The position numbers and the translations under genes are program-made. From an uncultured Acidimicrobiales bacterium (lineage in GTDB: Bacteria; Actinomycetota; Geothermincolia; Fen-727; Anoxymicrobiaceae): a stretch of 64,000 bases of DNA. The notes under the pieces were generated by a model that worked only from the letters and a program-made list of their open reading frames with translations, was not told where the DNA came from and ran no database searches. The stretch lies in the NCBI GenBank assembly GCA_964512645.1, contig CAZEJS010000010.1:7022-71021 (forward strand), written 5' to 3'. This document shows, piece after piece, positions 62,601 through 64,000 of the stretch. Every line of letters begins with the position of its first letter. The first letter of the stretch is position 1.

Positions 62601-64000
62601 TCATGAACCACTCTCGTCGCTCTTGATCATTGCGACGAAAGCCTCCTGCGGGATCTCCACCCTGCCGATCATCTTCATCCTCTTCTTTCCGGCCTTCTGC
62701 TTCTCCCAGAGCTTGCGCTTTCGCGTGATGTCCCCTCCGTAGCACTTGGCGGTAACATCTTTCCTCCTCGCGGGCACGGTTTCCCGGGCGATCACCTTCC
62801 CGCCCACCTGAGCCTGTATCGCAAGCTCGAACTGCTGGCGGGGGATAACCGCCTTGAGACGCGCGGCAAGCTCCCTTCCCCTCGACTGGGCCCTGTCCCT
62901 GGGAACGATCATGCTGAAAGCGTCTACCACTTCGCCGTGCACCAGTATCTCGAGCTTCACAAGCGGGCCGCTTCTCCAGTCCCCCAGTTCGTAGTCCAGC
63001 GAGGCGTACCCGCGCGACCTCGACTTGAGCTGGTCGTAGAACCCCGAGACCATCTCCGCCAGGGGCATCTCGTAGCTCAGCTCTACCCTGTTGCTCGAAA
63101 GGTAGACCATGTCACGATACACGGCCCTCTTCCCCTGGCAGAGCTCCATCACCGGCCCGACCATGTCGTGCGGAGCGATCAGCAGCAGGTTCACGTAAGG
63201 CTCCAGCACCGCCGCGACCTCGTTGGCCGGGGGCATCTGTGACGGGTTCTTGACCGTCGTTTCGTTGCCGCTCTTGTCGGTCACGCGGTACACCACGTTG
63301 GGCGGCGTTATGATGAGGTCGAGACCGTACTCGCGCTCCAGGCGATCCCTCACGACCTCCATGTGAAGCAGGCCGAGGAACCCGCACCTGAACCCGAACC
63401 CCAGCGCCCGTGAGGTCTCGGGCTCGAAGGTGAAAGCCGAATCATTCAGGTTCAGTTTAGCAAGCGCCTCCCTGAGGGCCTGGTACTCGCTGTTGTCCAC
63501 GGGGAACAGCCCGGCGAACACCACCGGCTTCGGTTCGCGATACCCCGCAAGGGCCTCCCGGGCTCCGTCCGTCGCTGCCGTGAGCGTGTCTCCCACCGGG
63601 AGCCTGGACACATCCTTGATTCCCGTCGCCACGAAACCCACCTCTCCGGCCAGGAGCGCTTCCGCGGGAACCAGGTCCGGCGCGAGGTATCCCAGTGATT
63701 CCGCAGCCGCCCGGGTGCCCGCCTCGACCATCCTGATCTCGGCACCCGCGCGTAGTTCGCCGGAGACCACCCTGACGAAAGTGACCACGCCGCGGTACTG
63801 GTCATAGGTCGAGTCGAAGACCAGGGCTCTGAGCACGTTGTCCCCGCGATCAGACGGAGGGGGTACCCGTGCAACGACGGCCCTCAGTATCTCCGGCACT
63901 CCCTCCCCGGTCTTGGCCGAGCAGAACAGGACGTCCCCGGGTTCGACCCCCAGGATCTCCGTTACTTCATCCCTCACCCGCTCCGGCTCGGCCGATGGCA
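62601..64000 (-). CDS. lepA: Elongation factor 4 (LepA), C-terminal portion; the 5' end lies beyond the window
   Basis: LepA domain IV/V and the LepA-specific C-terminal domain; frame open to the window edge. Confidence 0.9.
   Translation of the reverse strand, partial: PSAEPERVRDEVTEILGVEPGDVLFCSAKTGEGVPEILRAVVARVPPPSDRGDNVLRALVFDSTYDQYRGVVTFVRVVSGELRAGAEIRMVEAGTRAAAESLGYLAPDLVPAEALLAGEVGFVATGIKDVSRLPVGDTLTAATDGAREALAGYREPKPVVFAGLFPVDNSEYQALREALAKLNLNDSAFTFEPETSRALGFGFRCGFLGLLHMEVVRDRLEREYGLDLIITPPNVVYRVTDKSGNETTVKNPSQMPPANEVAAVLEPYVNLLLIAPHDMVGPVMELCQGKRAVYRDMVYLSSNRVELSYEMPLAEMVSGFYDQLKSRSRGYASLDYELGDWRSGPLVKLEILVHGEVVDAFSMIVPRDRAQSRGRELAARLKAVIPRQQFELAIQAQVGGKVIARETVPARRKDVTAKCYGGDITRKRKLWEKQKAGKKRMKMIGRVEIPQEAFVAMIKSDESGS

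Noticed and set aside
1-64000. Searched for CRISPR arrays, insertion sequences, integrases, toxin-antitoxin pairs and rRNA genes.
   Set aside because: There are no direct repeat-spacer arrays, no transposase or integrase-like translations, and no rRNA-like conserved stretches. The window appears to be core chromosome.

Overview
High-GC bacterial chromosome segment (roughly 65-70% GC). It is densely coding and almost entirely housekeeping, with no obvious mobile elements or CRISPR. Genes at 1-17.5 kb are on the + strand: der (3' part), hup, tRNA-Pro(GGG), pgsA, two sugar-phosphate mutase/NDP-sugar enzymes, a LigB-like + AMMECR1 pair, miaA-dapF-dapL-hflX, nrdR-nrdD, dut and queC. From 17.5 kb to the end, about 46 kb is on the - strand. 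That part holds an orphan FtsX-type permease with a secreted partner, fadD, and a RlpA/MBL/geranylgeranyl-reductase trio. It also holds a bifunctional nuclease + RCK K+ channel pair, dac, a PRC-barrel/mntH/mgtE cluster, MerR + FHA (GarA-like), lplA-like, pncB-pncA and miaB. The last stretch on that strand runs rny-recX-recA, a pgeF-yggS-sepF-proC-divIVA division cluster, ybeY/phoH/7TM-HD, mtaB-rsmE-dnaJ-hrcA with a CIRCE element, and partial lepA. Gene order resembles actinobacterial neighbourhoods (miaA-dapF-hflX; recA-recX...miaB; yfiH-yggS-sepF-wag31; hrcA-dnaJ2-rsmE...phoH-ybeY-corC; garA-MerR). RNase Y, DapL and an anaerobic RNR are also present, which suggests a deep-branching anaerobic high-GC Terrabacteria or Actinobacteria lineage; this is inference. 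The most interesting candidates for undescribed biology are:
- an mgtE-mntH operon ending in a free-standing paralogue of the MgtE N-terminal PRC-barrel module, behind a terminator-containing leader;
- a double-FtsX permease with no ATPase plus an anchored secreted protein;
- a GHKL ATPase and two unknown proteins embedded in an rny-miaB operon;
- a bifunctional nuclease co-transcribed with an RCK channel whose selectivity filter reads TVGYRE;
- an N-terminal RAM (Lrp ligand-binding) domain fused to an unknown C-terminal domain.
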